A stretch of DNA of 64,000 nt from Verrucomicrobiia bacterium (GTDB taxonomy: Bacteria; Verrucomicrobiota; Verrucomicrobiia; Limisphaerales; UBA11358), in the NCBI GenBank assembly GCA_035943555.1, contig DASZCA010000400.1, forward strand, positions 1,883 to 65,882. The letters run 5' to 3'. The translations under genes were made by a program, and so were the position numbers. The notes under the pieces are model-generated. The model ran no database searches and had not been told where the DNA came from. It saw only the letters and a list, made by a program, of their open reading frames with translations. Positions 16,438-25,984 of this stretch are shown one piece after another. Each line of letters opens with the position of its first letter. Position 1 is the first letter of the stretch.

Positions 16438-19400
16438 GGAACCGGCTTGGCTGCGGCGTAAAGCCGCTTGACCTCATCGTCGGTGAGGGCGTTGCGCCGG
16501 ATGGTGAAGGCTTGAACCTTGCCGTTGAAAATGGTCCCTCGCACGGAGGCGTCCGTCGAACCCAGGTTTACGTAGGGCTCGGCATCATTGGCCAATTCCA
16601 TCTCGCGGATTCCGATCGGGTCACCGTTTTTGTAAATGGACAACGTTTTGCCATCGTATGTGGCCGTGAGCATCTGCCAGCTGCCGCTTTCGAGCGGGGA
16701 GCCGGACTGGACGCCGCGGCGGCCGGCACCGAAGTTGATTTTGCCATCAAACGCCGTAAAGTAACGACCGGTTCCGCCATTCCGGTTATCGCCACGTTGA
16801 CCGAAGCCCGCGATGAGAATGCGATTGGTTGTAACCGCACTTTCCGGTTTGACCAACAAATTTAAGGTCCAGGTGTCATTCTTCTTCAATGGCAATCCGG
16901 GCACCTGAATCTTCGCATTATCAGCCGGCAGTTGCGCTGACTTCAAGCTATAGACGACATTTTGGACATTGAACGGCAACGCCACTGGAACAATGACATT
17001 CCCATTGGTGCTCTTGTCTTTTACCTCGCTGATGTTGAGGTTGAGGTCAGTGTCGGCGGGTATAGGGGAAGCAAAGGTCAGTGTCACTTTCCGGCCATCG
17101 GCTGAGAGCGCGGCTTGGCTCACTGGTAGCGGAGGTTGAACCACATAGTTCTTCACGTCCGTGGCGGTGGCCGGATCAAGCGGCTTGGAGAAAACCACCT
17201 TCAAGCTCTTTTGATTATTTTCGACCAAACCGCTTACGACCGTGGGCGGAGCGAGGTCATGAATTTCGATTGTCCCGCGGACAATTTCCCCGGCCTGGCC
17301 ATGTTCATCGATCTGGGCGACTGCCACCTTCACGGTGTCTTCCGCCATGAACGGCTGGTCGTAAACCGGCGAATTGGCGTTGGGATCACTGCCATCCAGC
17401 GTGTAGTGAAGATCGCCGGGCTGGTGGTAAAGCGGCGCGAGCAGCGTGATGGCAGTCGCTTGGGCAAAGCTTTTGCCGGCCTGCGGGATAATCGGTGCGC
17501 CGCCACGTTGATGATCGGCGAGCGTGTCATAAAGCGGTGCTGCCGGGGGTGTCGCTGCCGGTTCGCCCGCGACACTCAAGGCAAAAACGCGGATTTTCGA
17601 GTCGTCTGGCAACGTTAAATTTTTCGTGCCCGCCGGCAAATCATAAGTGATTTCAAACAGATAGGAATAGTTATAGTAGGCATCTCCTTCCGGCGTGTTG
17701 TGGTGGGTGGCAAACCAGGCCACCGGTGTCCGTTTGATGAAGCCGGGAACAAGGCCGGTCGGGGGTTTGTTAGCCTCGAAATCCCGCTTGCCTTCGGAAT
17801 TGTCCCAGAGCCGGTTATCCCATTGACCGATGAAGCCCGTCCAGTCAGGGACAATGAAGGGCTGGACCGTTCCACCGATTTTAATCTCATCCGCCGTGTC
17901 GCCATCCGCAGCCACCAGAAGATGGACACGATTGAAGTTTGTCGACGGCAATTTAATGGTCTGACCATGGGCGGTAACGGCGTTCTTTTTGCCGTCGGCC
18001 GCCGGGCCGAGCTTGAATTTGACGCCGTCACGTATGATTTCTTTCGGGAACATCTCAGCGGGATAGGCCCAACCTTTGGAGTTCATGGCTCCATCTTCAC
18101 GCTTGGCCCGGCTGCTTACTGCGTCCGTGTCATAAGTTAACGACACAATTTCACTGGTCACAGGAGTAACCGACTTTGCTGGCGGAGCCAGTTTGAGCGC
18201 AAATGCCCGCAGGCTGAAAGGTTTCATGTCGAACATGAGCTGGCCATCCTTGAGGACGGCTTTGCCGATGGGCTCCTCCTGGCCGTTGACTTCTCGGGCC
18301 GACTCGATCGCCGTCGTAAAATTGAGGGCCAAGTTCCAGGCGGGCTTGCCGGTGAGTTCTTTGAGGCGCACGATGATTTCATCACTGTCTTCCGCCTTTT
18401 TTATGGCAGCAATTTGCACCTGATCGCTATTCAGGGTCAGGAATGAAAAGGTGCGGCCAATTCCGGGATGGGCACCGGGCAGGAAGGCGCGCAACGGCTG
18501 GTTGAGGCGTTCAGCCTGCCAAGTATCCCGCCCTTCGGCCCAACCCCCTTTGTGGCTGGCCAGCGCGTAGACGATTTGATGACGACCCTGATCTTGCGTG
18601 CCTTGGTCAGGATAACCTCCGCGAGTGCCCGGGGTGTACAACAAGGTAAGACGTAAGCTGTGATCATCGGGCTTGTCAGAACCGTACTTGGAATCGCTCA
18701 TCACTTCGACACCATAATCACCGTCGGCATCGGTTAGATCCATCCACTGCTGCAATGGCATTTCAAAGCGGTTGGTTTTGTCATTGTCGCGCAATGAAAC
18801 CCCTACCTTGTCCGCAAAAGCTGCGTTGCTATTCGCGGCGGTGAAAGTGAAGTCAGCCTTTAAGCTGGCTTCGGAGGAACGCCAGTCGATGTTATTGATA
18901 ATTTCCACGCGGTCGCCGCCGGCATCCAGGCGGATTTCCTGGGTGAAGGTGCTGTTCTCCGTTGTCCGTTTGACTTCGAGGCCTACGCGGGCCGGGCCGG
19001 ATTCAACGATTCGGATCTGCGCCGCGCCGGCCACATAACCGCGCGCAGGTTTTTCCCGGTCTTCCCAATCCATATTCCAAGCCGGCCAGGCGGAAGGATT
19101 TTCCGTGTGAAACGAAAGGCGGGCGGGCGCAGAAAGCAACTCGTGGTTGAGGGATTTATCAAAGATGGATGCGATATCGCCATTGGCATCGACAGAAACT
19201 TTGTAACGGGTGTTTTCGAGGGAGTTGGCGGTGACGATCAAATCAGCCGGGGCCGAGGAATTTGCTGCCGGGCGCACATCATAAATGGCATAGCCGACGG
19301 AAGGGACCTTGGCAATAAACAGCACGCGGAGCGAATCGCCAGCGCGTCCGAGAATCTGCGTGGGTACGGCGTTTCCTTGCGGATCATAAGCGGTTACCGC

Positions 19401-20738
19401 ATCGGGAACGGTACCGCTGAAAGGCAAGGTGGCCTCAATGGCGTCCTCTCGTTCGATCGGCAGCGGGTTGTAAACCGCCACAGCTACGCCTTGCGCGGAG
19501 GTATCCAAGGCGGTCAACACGGCCGCCGAGGAGCGTTCAGCGACATCGGCGAATTGGTTTAGCGCCAGCACTTCGTCGTTCCAAGCATATTCATAAGCCT
19601 TCGGCAAACTGGTACCAGGCATGATGTCGTGCATCTGGGAACCAAGCACGAGATCCCAACCTGCATAGAGTGTCGACTGTGGATAGGGTGCCGCTCCGAG
19701 CCAGTAGGCCATGGTCGCAGCACTTTCAGCGGCGTTGGCGAGTTGCTCATTCTGGCGGTTCCAACGTTTCATATAGGCTTCCGAACTGAGCGAGCCAGCG
19801 GAATGGTTCACCAACAGCAGGTCACCGGTGTAAGAAGGCAGTTTGGCGGCTTGTTCCAGACTGATGTCCTTGTAAATTTGATCAGAGCGCGCAGAGATAA
19901 CACGTACCGGCCCGCTGCTGGCGAGAGCACGCTGAATCCAATCCACCGACATTGCCTCCGGGGCGCCGCCGCGATCGCCGGTGCCATAATATTTATAATC
20001 GGCAAACACCCCCGATTTATCGCCGGTTTCATTGATGCGGTTGAGCCACATCTCGCTTTTGCTGAGGTCTTCCGTCACCCGGGCGCCATAACCGCCCGGA
20101 TTCAGTGCGGCAATCACGGAGGAACCATCCGGTCCGACCCAGGTGCCGATGTTAAAGGGAATGCCGATCGCTGAGCCCCATGTTAGCTTCTGGGTCGAGA
20201 AACCTTTCAGTCCCTCGTGGGTAAAGATCGTTGGGAGGGAAGCGGGGAAACCGAAACAATCCGGCAGCAAATAATCTTCGCTTTGGATGCCAAATTCACG
20301 TTTGAAATAATGATTCCCGTAAAGCGTCTGGCGAATAAAGGATTCGAGGGCGGGGATGTTGGCATCATTCTCATCCACGGAAGATCCGCCGGGATACCAG
20401 CGGCCTGCCTGCACGTATTTTTTTACGCGCAGAAAACCTTCCGGGTAATATTCCTGCATGAACTCGTAACGGCGCGAGCCGGTGAAGTTGAAGATATAGT
20501 CCGGATATTTTTCCAACAGCGGAAAATTCTGCTCCAAGGTGTTATGGACATACTCCTGGATGGTCGTGGGATACGTCCAACGCCACTGAGTATCTAGGTG
20601 GGCGTAGCCGATCACATAGAGGTTTTTCGCATGGGCCAGATCCACCGGCTGGGCAGGTTTTTTTTCAGAGCTGTCCGCACCGAACAGTGCCGTGGCCAGG
20701 CAGCAATTGCTTAATAGAAGGCCGAAAACTTTTTTCAT
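16434..20738 (-). CDS. GH38 alpha-mannosidase, secreted, with C-terminal CHB_HEX_C-like, Ig-like and LamG-like modules
   Basis: The ORF extends to 20795. I place the start at Met20 (20738, MKKVFGLLLSNCCLATALFG signal peptide), which removes the overlap with the upstream PTS gene. The GH38 N-terminal motif YVIGYAHLDTQWRWTY is present. The tail contains YTLDGSDP and a LamG-like end (WQMLTATYDGKTLSIYKNG). Confidence 0.85.
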   Translation of the reverse strand: MKKVFGLLLSNCCLATALFGADSSEKKPAQPVDLAHAKNLYVIGYAHLDTQWRWTYPTTIQEYVHNTLEQNFPLLEKYPDYIFNFTGSRRYEFMQEYYPEGFLRVKKYVQAGRWYPGGSSVDENDANIPALESFIRQTLYGNHYFKREFGIQSEDYLLPDCFGFPASLPTIFTHEGLKGFSTQKLTWGSAIGIPFNIGTWVGPDGSSVIAALNPGGYGARVTEDLSKSEMWLNRINETGDKSGVFADYKYYGTGDRGGAPEAMSVDWIQRALASSGPVRVISARSDQIYKDISLEQAAKLPSYTGDLLLVNHSAGSLSSEAYMKRWNRQNEQLANAAESAATMAYWLGAAPYPQSTLYAGWDLVLGSQMHDIMPGTSLPKAYEYAWNDEVLALNQFADVAERSSAAVLTALDTSAQGVAVAVYNPLPIEREDAIEATLPFSGTVPDAVTAYDPQGNAVPTQILGRAGDSLRVLFIAKVPSVGYAIYDVRPAANSSAPADLIVTANSLENTRYKVSVDANGDIASIFDKSLNHELLSAPARLSFHTENPSAWPAWNMDWEDREKPARGYVAGAAQIRIVESGPARVGLEVKRTTENSTFTQEIRLDAGGDRVEIINNIDWRSSEASLKADFTFTAANSNAAFADKVGVSLRDNDKTNRFEMPLQQWMDLTDADGDYGVEVMSDSKYGSDKPDDHSLRLTLLYTPGTRGGYPDQGTQDQGRHQIVYALASHKGGWAEGRDTWQAERLNQPLRAFLPGAHPGIGRTFSFLTLNSDQVQIAAIKKAEDSDEIIVRLKELTGKPAWNLALNFTTAIESAREVNGQEEPIGKAVLKDGQLMFDMKPFSLRAFALKLAPPAKSVTPVTSEIVSLTYDTDAVSSRAKREDGAMNSKGWAYPAEMFPKEIIRDGVKFKLGPAADGKKNAVTAHGQTIKLPSTNFNRVHLLVAADGDTADEIKIGGTVQPFIVPDWTGFIGQWDNRLWDNSEGKRDFEANKPPTGLVPGFIKRTPVAWFATHHNTPEGDAYYNYSYLFEITYDLPAGTKNLTLPDDSKIRVFALSVAGEPAATPPAAPLYDTLADHQRGGAPIIPQAGKSFAQATAITLLAPLYHQPGDLHYTLDGSDPNANSPVYDQPFMAEDTVKVAVAQIDEHGQAGEIVRGTIEIHDLAPPTVVSGLVENNQKSLKVVFSKPLDPATATDVKNYVVQPPLPVSQAALSADGRKVTLTFASPIPADTDLNLNISEVKDKSTNGNVIVPVALPFNVQNVVYSLKSAQLPADNAKIQVPGLPLKKNDTWTLNLLVKPESAVTTNRILIAGFGQRGDNRNGGTGRYFTAFDGKINFGAGRRGVQSGSPLESGSWQMLTATYDGKTLSIYKNGDPIGIREMELANDAEPYVNLGSTDASVRGTIFNGKVQAFTIRRNALTDDEVKRLYAAAKPVP

Positions 20739-20767
20739 TGGCATTGGTTGTTGTGATTTCACCGCGT

Positions 20768-23272
20768 TCAAAAGATTTTCTGGAGCACTGCACACAGGCG
20801 TGCTGGATCAGTCTCCCGCTCCAGCTCCGCCCGGAATTCTTCATCCATGATCTTCCTGGCGAGGCGCGCGAGCACTTGCATATGCGCGGTGCCCGCTTGC
20901 GCGGCACGGATGCCAAGCAGGATCACGACGCGCACGGGCTGGCCATCCAGTGAATTCCAAGCCACCGGATTTTTGAGTTTCATCAGAACCAGCGAATTGA
21001 AGCGCACTGCGTTCGTCTGACAGTGCGGGATCGCAAAGCCATGGCCGAAACCGGTTGAATACGTGGCCTCCCGCCGCCAGATCGCCTCCTCCACCGCCTG
21101 GGAGCTTTCCGTCCGGCCCATGATGAACAGGCGATCGACCCCCTGTTTGATCACCTCCTCTTTGCTTGTGGCATCCGGGTCAAGCAAGACGAGTTCCGTT
21201 TCCACCAGCGGCACGCCGGCTTGCGTCGAAAATTGTTCGAGCAGCGCACTGACTTCATCCGCTGTCGCGCAGCTTATGGCCGCCGTCAGCAATTGCTGGC
21301 AGGCCATCTGATTCAACCGCGCCAACTCCGCCTTGAGGCCGGCGACAGCCGGTGCGGCGGCGCTGATTTTATTCAAGCCCATCCCGGCCAACAGGGGTAG
21401 ATAGCGCACTTGTCCGCCCATTTCCCCGCACAAACTAATTTCCTTGTTATGCGACCGCGCGGCATCCGCGATCAATTTCAGCAGCCGTAGAAAGGCCGGT
21501 TGCAAAGGGTTCAACAACGTCATAAGCTCCGATTCCATGCGGTCGGCGGCCATGAAATACTGGAGCAAGTCGTTTGATCCGATGCTGAAAAAATCCAGTT
21601 CGCGGCTGAAGGCTTCGACCGCCAGCGCGGCCGCAGGCACTTCAATCATCGCCCCGACCAACATGGCCGGATCAAAAGCATTTTTTTCGGCCTCACATTT
21701 TTGCTGTTCCTCAGCCACGATGCGCTTGACCCAGCGAGCTTCCTCCACGGTTGCGATCATGGGGATCATCACGCTTAATTTCCCACCTGCCGAGGCGCGC
21801 ACCAAGGCGCGGATTTGCGTGCGGAAGAGCGTTTCAAATTCGGGATAGATCCGGACGGCGCGGCGGCCTAGAAACGGATTTTCCTCCTTCGGCAAATTCA
21901 GATAAGCCAGCGGTTTGTCGCCGCCGACGTCGAACGTACGGATGACCACGGGCCGGCCGGCGGCAGCGGTGATCACCGCTGCGTAACTGTCAAATTGCTC
22001 GGTTTCATCCGGCGGGGTGGACCGGTCCAAGAACAGCATTTCAGTGCGGAAGAGGCCGATCCCTTCGGCCCCGGAATCAAAAGCGCCCGCGGCTTCGCTC
22101 GCCGTTGAAATGTTGGCGGCGATTTCAATCCGTTGCCCATCTTTGGTGGTGGCAGCGCGGGCGGATAATAGTTTAAGGCGTGCGCGGTGCCCGATGATCC
22201 GGCGTGACTCCAGTACATAATAACGCCGGGCCGTATCCGTGAGATCCGTTACCAATGCTCCAGCATCAGCATCCACCACGATTTCATGCTGGCCAAATCG
22301 AATGGTCGCAAGCTCCGGCACGCCGGCGAGTGTCGGGATGTTAAATGAACGGGCTAAAATCACCGTATGGGAAGTGCTGCTGGCGCTTGCCAAGACCAAG
22401 CCTTTGAAATATTTCCGGTCCAAGCTCAGGAATTGGCCCGGCGTCAGCGATTCGGCGACAATCACGGCATCCGAGGTCAATTTTACCCCGACGACCTTGG
22501 CCGCGTCGCCATACATTTCATGGAGCAACTGCAGGCAGACATCTTGAACGTCCATGGCCCGTTCACGCAGCATTTCGTTCCCGCTCGCCGCGAGCATTTT
22601 TGAAAATTGGGCTTCTGCCGCCTCGATCGCACCTGCCGCCGTGTGCTGGCGCCGGATGACCGCCGCCTGCAAGCTGTCTTGAAAATCCACATCGCGGGCA
22701 ATGGATTGGTGCACCTTGACCAATTCCGCTTCGATGCCCCTGGCTTGTTTCAAGCGGTTGTCATAAGCCGTGTTCAACTTGTGCAGCGCCTGGTTCAACC
22801 GGTGCCACTCCATTTGGGTGTTCGCCACGCCTTCGCGGGGGAGTGAGGGGGGGATGGAAAACGCTCCGAAGCGCACCCCGCGGCCGGAGCCGATGCCCGG
22901 GACCACTGAACGACCGCGATGAATGGTGGCGCCGGCATGGCTTAAGCAGGGCGAAAGAGGTGCCGCTGCCTCAGCTTTTGTGGGAGCGAGAGACGCGTCG
23001 CAATGTGGAAACTTATCCCGCAGGAAAGTGCTCAACACTACCATGGCCTCCCGCTCATCCGATCCGCTGACGGTGATCAGGCAGCTATCGCCGGCCCGGA
23101 CATCTGTGCCGATAATCGCCAGGATGCTTTTGCCATTGGCGCTGCGCTGGGTGCGCCGGTTGATAAGGGTGACCTCCGAGGTGAAATGACGCACCACTTC
23201 TTCCAACGCGCTGGCGGGGCGGGCGTGAATCCCGTTGGGCAGCGGACAGTCAAATTCATATTCCAAAGGCAT
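20768..23272 (-). CDS. Multiphosphoryl transfer protein: fused HPr - Enzyme I - EIIA(fructose/mannitol type), FrwA/FryA-like
   Basis: 834 aa. The HPr site is NGIHARPA. EI motifs are SSTSHTVILARS, GLFRTE, IGSNDL and LCGEM. The C-terminal EIIA-2 carries GFGHGFAIPHC. Domain order and length match what I recall for E. coli FrwA/FryA (about 830 aa). Confidence 0.85.
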   Translation of the reverse strand: MPLEYEFDCPLPNGIHARPASALEEVVRHFTSEVTLINRRTQRSANGKSILAIIGTDVRAGDSCLITVSGSDEREAMVVLSTFLRDKFPHCDASLAPTKAEAAAPLSPCLSHAGATIHRGRSVVPGIGSGRGVRFGAFSIPPSLPREGVANTQMEWHRLNQALHKLNTAYDNRLKQARGIEAELVKVHQSIARDVDFQDSLQAAVIRRQHTAAGAIEAAEAQFSKMLAASGNEMLRERAMDVQDVCLQLLHEMYGDAAKVVGVKLTSDAVIVAESLTPGQFLSLDRKYFKGLVLASASSTSHTVILARSFNIPTLAGVPELATIRFGQHEIVVDADAGALVTDLTDTARRYYVLESRRIIGHRARLKLLSARAATTKDGQRIEIAANISTASEAAGAFDSGAEGIGLFRTEMLFLDRSTPPDETEQFDSYAAVITAAAGRPVVIRTFDVGGDKPLAYLNLPKEENPFLGRRAVRIYPEFETLFRTQIRALVRASAGGKLSVMIPMIATVEEARWVKRIVAEEQQKCEAEKNAFDPAMLVGAMIEVPAAALAVEAFSRELDFFSIGSNDLLQYFMAADRMESELMTLLNPLQPAFLRLLKLIADAARSHNKEISLCGEMGGQVRYLPLLAGMGLNKISAAAPAVAGLKAELARLNQMACQQLLTAAISCATADEVSALLEQFSTQAGVPLVETELVLLDPDATSKEEVIKQGVDRLFIMGRTESSQAVEEAIWRREATYSTGFGHGFAIPHCQTNAVRFNSLVLMKLKNPVAWNSLDGQPVRVVILLGIRAAQAGTAHMQVLARLARKIMDEEFRAELERETDPARLCAVLQKIF

Positions 23273-23277
23273 GGGAA

Positions 23278-23574
23278 CTACTTTAGTTGTGCAAAAATGG
23301 CTTCCGGGTCTTTTAAAGCAGCTTGGACCGGGACGAGGATTGTGCGGGCGCGGGCAAATCGTTCTTCTTTTTCAATCGCAATATCTGTCGCAAATATTAC
23401 GGCGTCGGCGGCATCGACGTCACCTTGGCTCAATTCATTTTCAATGCCCATGGCACCTTGGGTTTCGACTTTGATAGTATGTCCCAGTTTCTTTGCGGTT
23501 TTCTCGAGTTGGGCGGCGGCCATATAAGTGTGCGCGATGCCGGTCGGGCAGGCGGTAACAGCGACTATTTTCAT
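23278..23574 (-). CDS. PTS fructose-family EIIB component
   Basis: 98 aa, MKIVAVTACPTGIAHTYMAA with the active-site Cys motif. The start overlaps the IIC stop (ATGA, 23571-23574). Confidence 0.85.
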   Translation of the reverse strand: MKIVAVTACPTGIAHTYMAAAQLEKTAKKLGHTIKVETQGAMGIENELSQGDVDAADAVIFATDIAIEKEERFARARTILVPVQAALKDPEAIFAQLK

Positions 23575-24635
23575 ATTATGTTTTCTCGGGGATTGGCTGG
23601 GTTTGAATGCTTCTTGATAAGATTGATCGTGATGGCCGTGACGAAAGAACCGGTTGCGATTGCTACGACGTAAACTAAACGATGGTCTATTACGGGCAGC
23701 ACAATCGGACCGCCATGCGGCGCATGGTCGCCCACGCCGCCAATCATCGCAATGGTTGCGGAAACCATCGATCCGAGCATGATGGACGGAATCACCCGCA
23801 ACGGATCACCGGCAGCAAAGGGTATGGCTCCCTCGGTGACGCCCACCAGTCCCATGCCTAGCGCGGCCAAACCGGATTCGCGTTGTTCTTCACTCCAGCG
23901 ATTGCGGCCCAACAACGTGGCTAGCCCAAGGCCCAGCGGCGGCGTGCAGATCGCGGCTGCACAGGTGCCCATGATTGCATAATTGCCTTGTTGAATCATC
24001 GCTGCCCCAAAAAAGAACGCCGCTTTGTTCACCGGTCCGCCCATATCAAACGCGATCATCGCACCTAGCACCATCGCCAGCACAACTTGTGAGCCGCTTT
24101 GCAAGCCTTCCAAGAATTTCATCATGTCCACCATGATGGTCGCAATCGGGATGTTCAAAGCCAGCATCAGCAGGCCGACCGGCAGGGCGGAAAGGATGGG
24201 GATCACAATGATTGGCATGATTGGGCGGAACATCGCCGGCACCTTGAGCTTTTTCAGCAGGATTGTGATATGGCCGGCAATGATACCAATGATGATTGCG
24301 CCTAGAAATCCTGCGCTCGCGGATTTGCCATCCACCACCTGCGGCATGCTGGCAATGAAGCCACCGACAAATCCCGGCACCAAACCCGGCTTGCTGGCCA
24401 TGCCATACGCAATGAAGCCGGCCAACACCGCAGGAAACAACTGGAACGCCGTCGTGCCGATCGTTAACATGTTTTTCACCAGCGCAGGCGCATGGGAAAA
24501 GTCAGGACCTGTCGCGGTCATCGGCACAAACGTGATGGAGAGCGCGATCAAAATGCCGCCGCAGGCAATAAACGGAATGACATGGGAAACCCCCGTCAAG
24601 AGATACTGCTTGTATTTTTGCAACAATGCTTTCAT
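23571..24635 (-). CDS. PTS fructose-family EIIC permease
   Basis: 354-aa polytopic ORF. It is first in the IIC-IIB-(HPr-EI-IIA) string and fructose-type IIC-like (..GGPVNKAAFFFG..). Confidence 0.8.
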   Translation of the reverse strand: MKALLQKYKQYLLTGVSHVIPFIACGGILIALSITFVPMTATGPDFSHAPALVKNMLTIGTTAFQLFPAVLAGFIAYGMASKPGLVPGFVGGFIASMPQVVDGKSASAGFLGAIIIGIIAGHITILLKKLKVPAMFRPIMPIIVIPILSALPVGLLMLALNIPIATIMVDMMKFLEGLQSGSQVVLAMVLGAMIAFDMGGPVNKAAFFFGAAMIQQGNYAIMGTCAAAICTPPLGLGLATLLGRNRWSEEQRESGLAALGMGLVGVTEGAIPFAAGDPLRVIPSIMLGSMVSATIAMIGGVGDHAPHGGPIVLPVIDHRLVYVVAIATGSFVTAITINLIKKHSNPANPRENII

Positions 24636-24699
24636 GCGTGGTGATATGGTTGGTGAGGTCTGATACTATTGGGAATCCTGCTTCAGCCAAAATATAAAG

Positions 24700-24728
24700 T
24701 TGTTACATTTATTGTATGGTTGTAACAA
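24700..24728. promoter_or_regulatory. Candidate operator: inverted repeat TTGTTACA-N13-TGTAACAA in the divergent PTS / AraC control region
   Basis: A perfect 8-bp inverted repeat at 24700-24707 and 24721-24728. It lies in the 80-bp gap between the divergently transcribed PTS IIC and the AraC-like gene, and overlaps the annotated AraC ATG (24716). Confidence 0.3.
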
Positions 24729-25585
24729 TTGGCGGCGTGAACGCTTTATCTGCGGAAAACTGGCCGGTACAACAATTGCAGCGCCTGCGGGTCAGGCAAG
24801 TCTTGGTTTGCGGACGTCAACTCCACCCGCCGCTTTACAGCCATGTGGTGAATTTCCCCCGGCTCGAATTTCCAGTGCGCGGCTGCTATGAGAATAAGAT
24901 TGAAGCGGGCGGAGAAATTGTCACCGCCAGGCTGCGACCCGGTTCGGCGCTCTTTGTGCCGCCAAATTGCTGGAACCTGCCCGCGTGGAATCCGGGCGTG
25001 GAATTGATGTCGTTATTGTTTGGTGTAAAGCAAATCGGCTTCAGCGTCGTGACTTCGCGGCGACCGCAGGGACCTCAACTCGTTGTGAGGAAGTTTTCCA
25101 TTCCGGCTCCACGGTCTGGTCCGTTATCCCCGGTGCTGGAGGCAATGACGCAATTGCAAGGATGCAATGACGACCCGGAGATCCTTTCCGATCTTGCGCG
25201 GGTATTGATCCGATGCGTCCAGCAGTTGCTTCGACAGCCCGCATTGCCTGCATCATCAGGCCGGGCGCACAGGCTTTTGGAGAGCATTTCCGTTTTTCTG
25301 CAAAACCACTACCAATACGAAATCACGCGTGACTCAGTTGCGGAACAGTTTGGTATCACGCCAAGCCATCTGTCCCGGTTGTTTCAGACGCATGGACACA
25401 TGACCTTTAGCAGCTATTTGAAGCATGTGCGGACTGACCGTGCTAAGCATATGTTATCCCAATATGATTTCAAACTTGATGAAATAGCCGCACGGTGCGG
25501 CTATTATGATGCGCCGCATTTTTGTCGTGTATTCAAACATCTTACGAAAATGACGCCTGCTGAATATCGTGTAAAATCGCGCTAA
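24716..25585 (+). CDS. AraC-family transcriptional regulator
   Basis: 289 aa with a C-terminal AraC-type double HTH (ITRDSVAEQFGITPSHLSRLF..LDEIAARCGYYDAPHFCRVFKHLTKMTPAEYR). It is divergent from the PTS string. An alternative GTG start lies at 24734. Confidence 0.8.
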   Translation: MVVTIGGVNALSAENWPVQQLQRLRVRQVLVCGRQLHPPLYSHVVNFPRLEFPVRGCYENKIEAGGEIVTARLRPGSALFVPPNCWNLPAWNPGVELMSLLFGVKQIGFSVVTSRRPQGPQLVVRKFSIPAPRSGPLSPVLEAMTQLQGCNDDPEILSDLARVLIRCVQQLLRQPALPASSGRAHRLLESISVFLQNHYQYEITRDSVAEQFGITPSHLSRLFQTHGHMTFSSYLKHVRTDRAKHMLSQYDFKLDEIAARCGYYDAPHFCRVFKHLTKMTPAEYRVKSR

Positions 25586-25612
25586 TTGAATCATGGGTTG
25601 GCAACGCAAAAG

Positions 25613-25643
25613 CTCCACTTTGAAGAAAAACGCTTCAATGGAG
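25613..25643 (+). terminator. Hairpin downstream of the AraC-like gene (possible terminator or leader structure)
   Basis: CTCCAcTTTGAAG-aaaaacg-CTTCAAtGGAG, about 11 bp of stem with a bulge, starting 28 nt after the stop. No U-tract follows. Confidence 0.25.
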
Positions 25644-25688
25644 TGGATCAACGGTAGGCGTCATAATCCTTAGCGTCATTTAGTGGCA

Positions 25689-25708
25689 TTAGTCCGATTG
25701 GCCTATTG
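25689..25708 (+). promoter_or_regulatory. Conserved upstream motif, copy C (TTAGTCCGATTGGCCTATTG)
   Basis: It sits in the ~400-nt non-coding leader upstream of GH125 and has the same orientation as that gene. It matches copies A and B at 15 of 19 positions plus the flanking GCA. Confidence 0.45.
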
Positions 25709-25984
25709 AACCGAACGGTGGTCGCTGGCATAGTAACTTACTTCGATCGCATACCAAATGGCGGTAATATTTATTTTTTACATTCAATAGCTGGCTGTCG
25801 TTGGAACGATTCAACAAGTTCATTCATGCGCAAATGCGACGCGGCTGAAAAACCCATCACCTTGAATTTCAACATCAACCCGGTTTTGTGTAATGGTTTT
25901 CAGGGGTTGGCATTTCGTGCCCAAGGCTGGCCAAAGACGCCCAGTTGTGCAGCTGCAAGCTGTAAATCCATCAAACTAACTCAA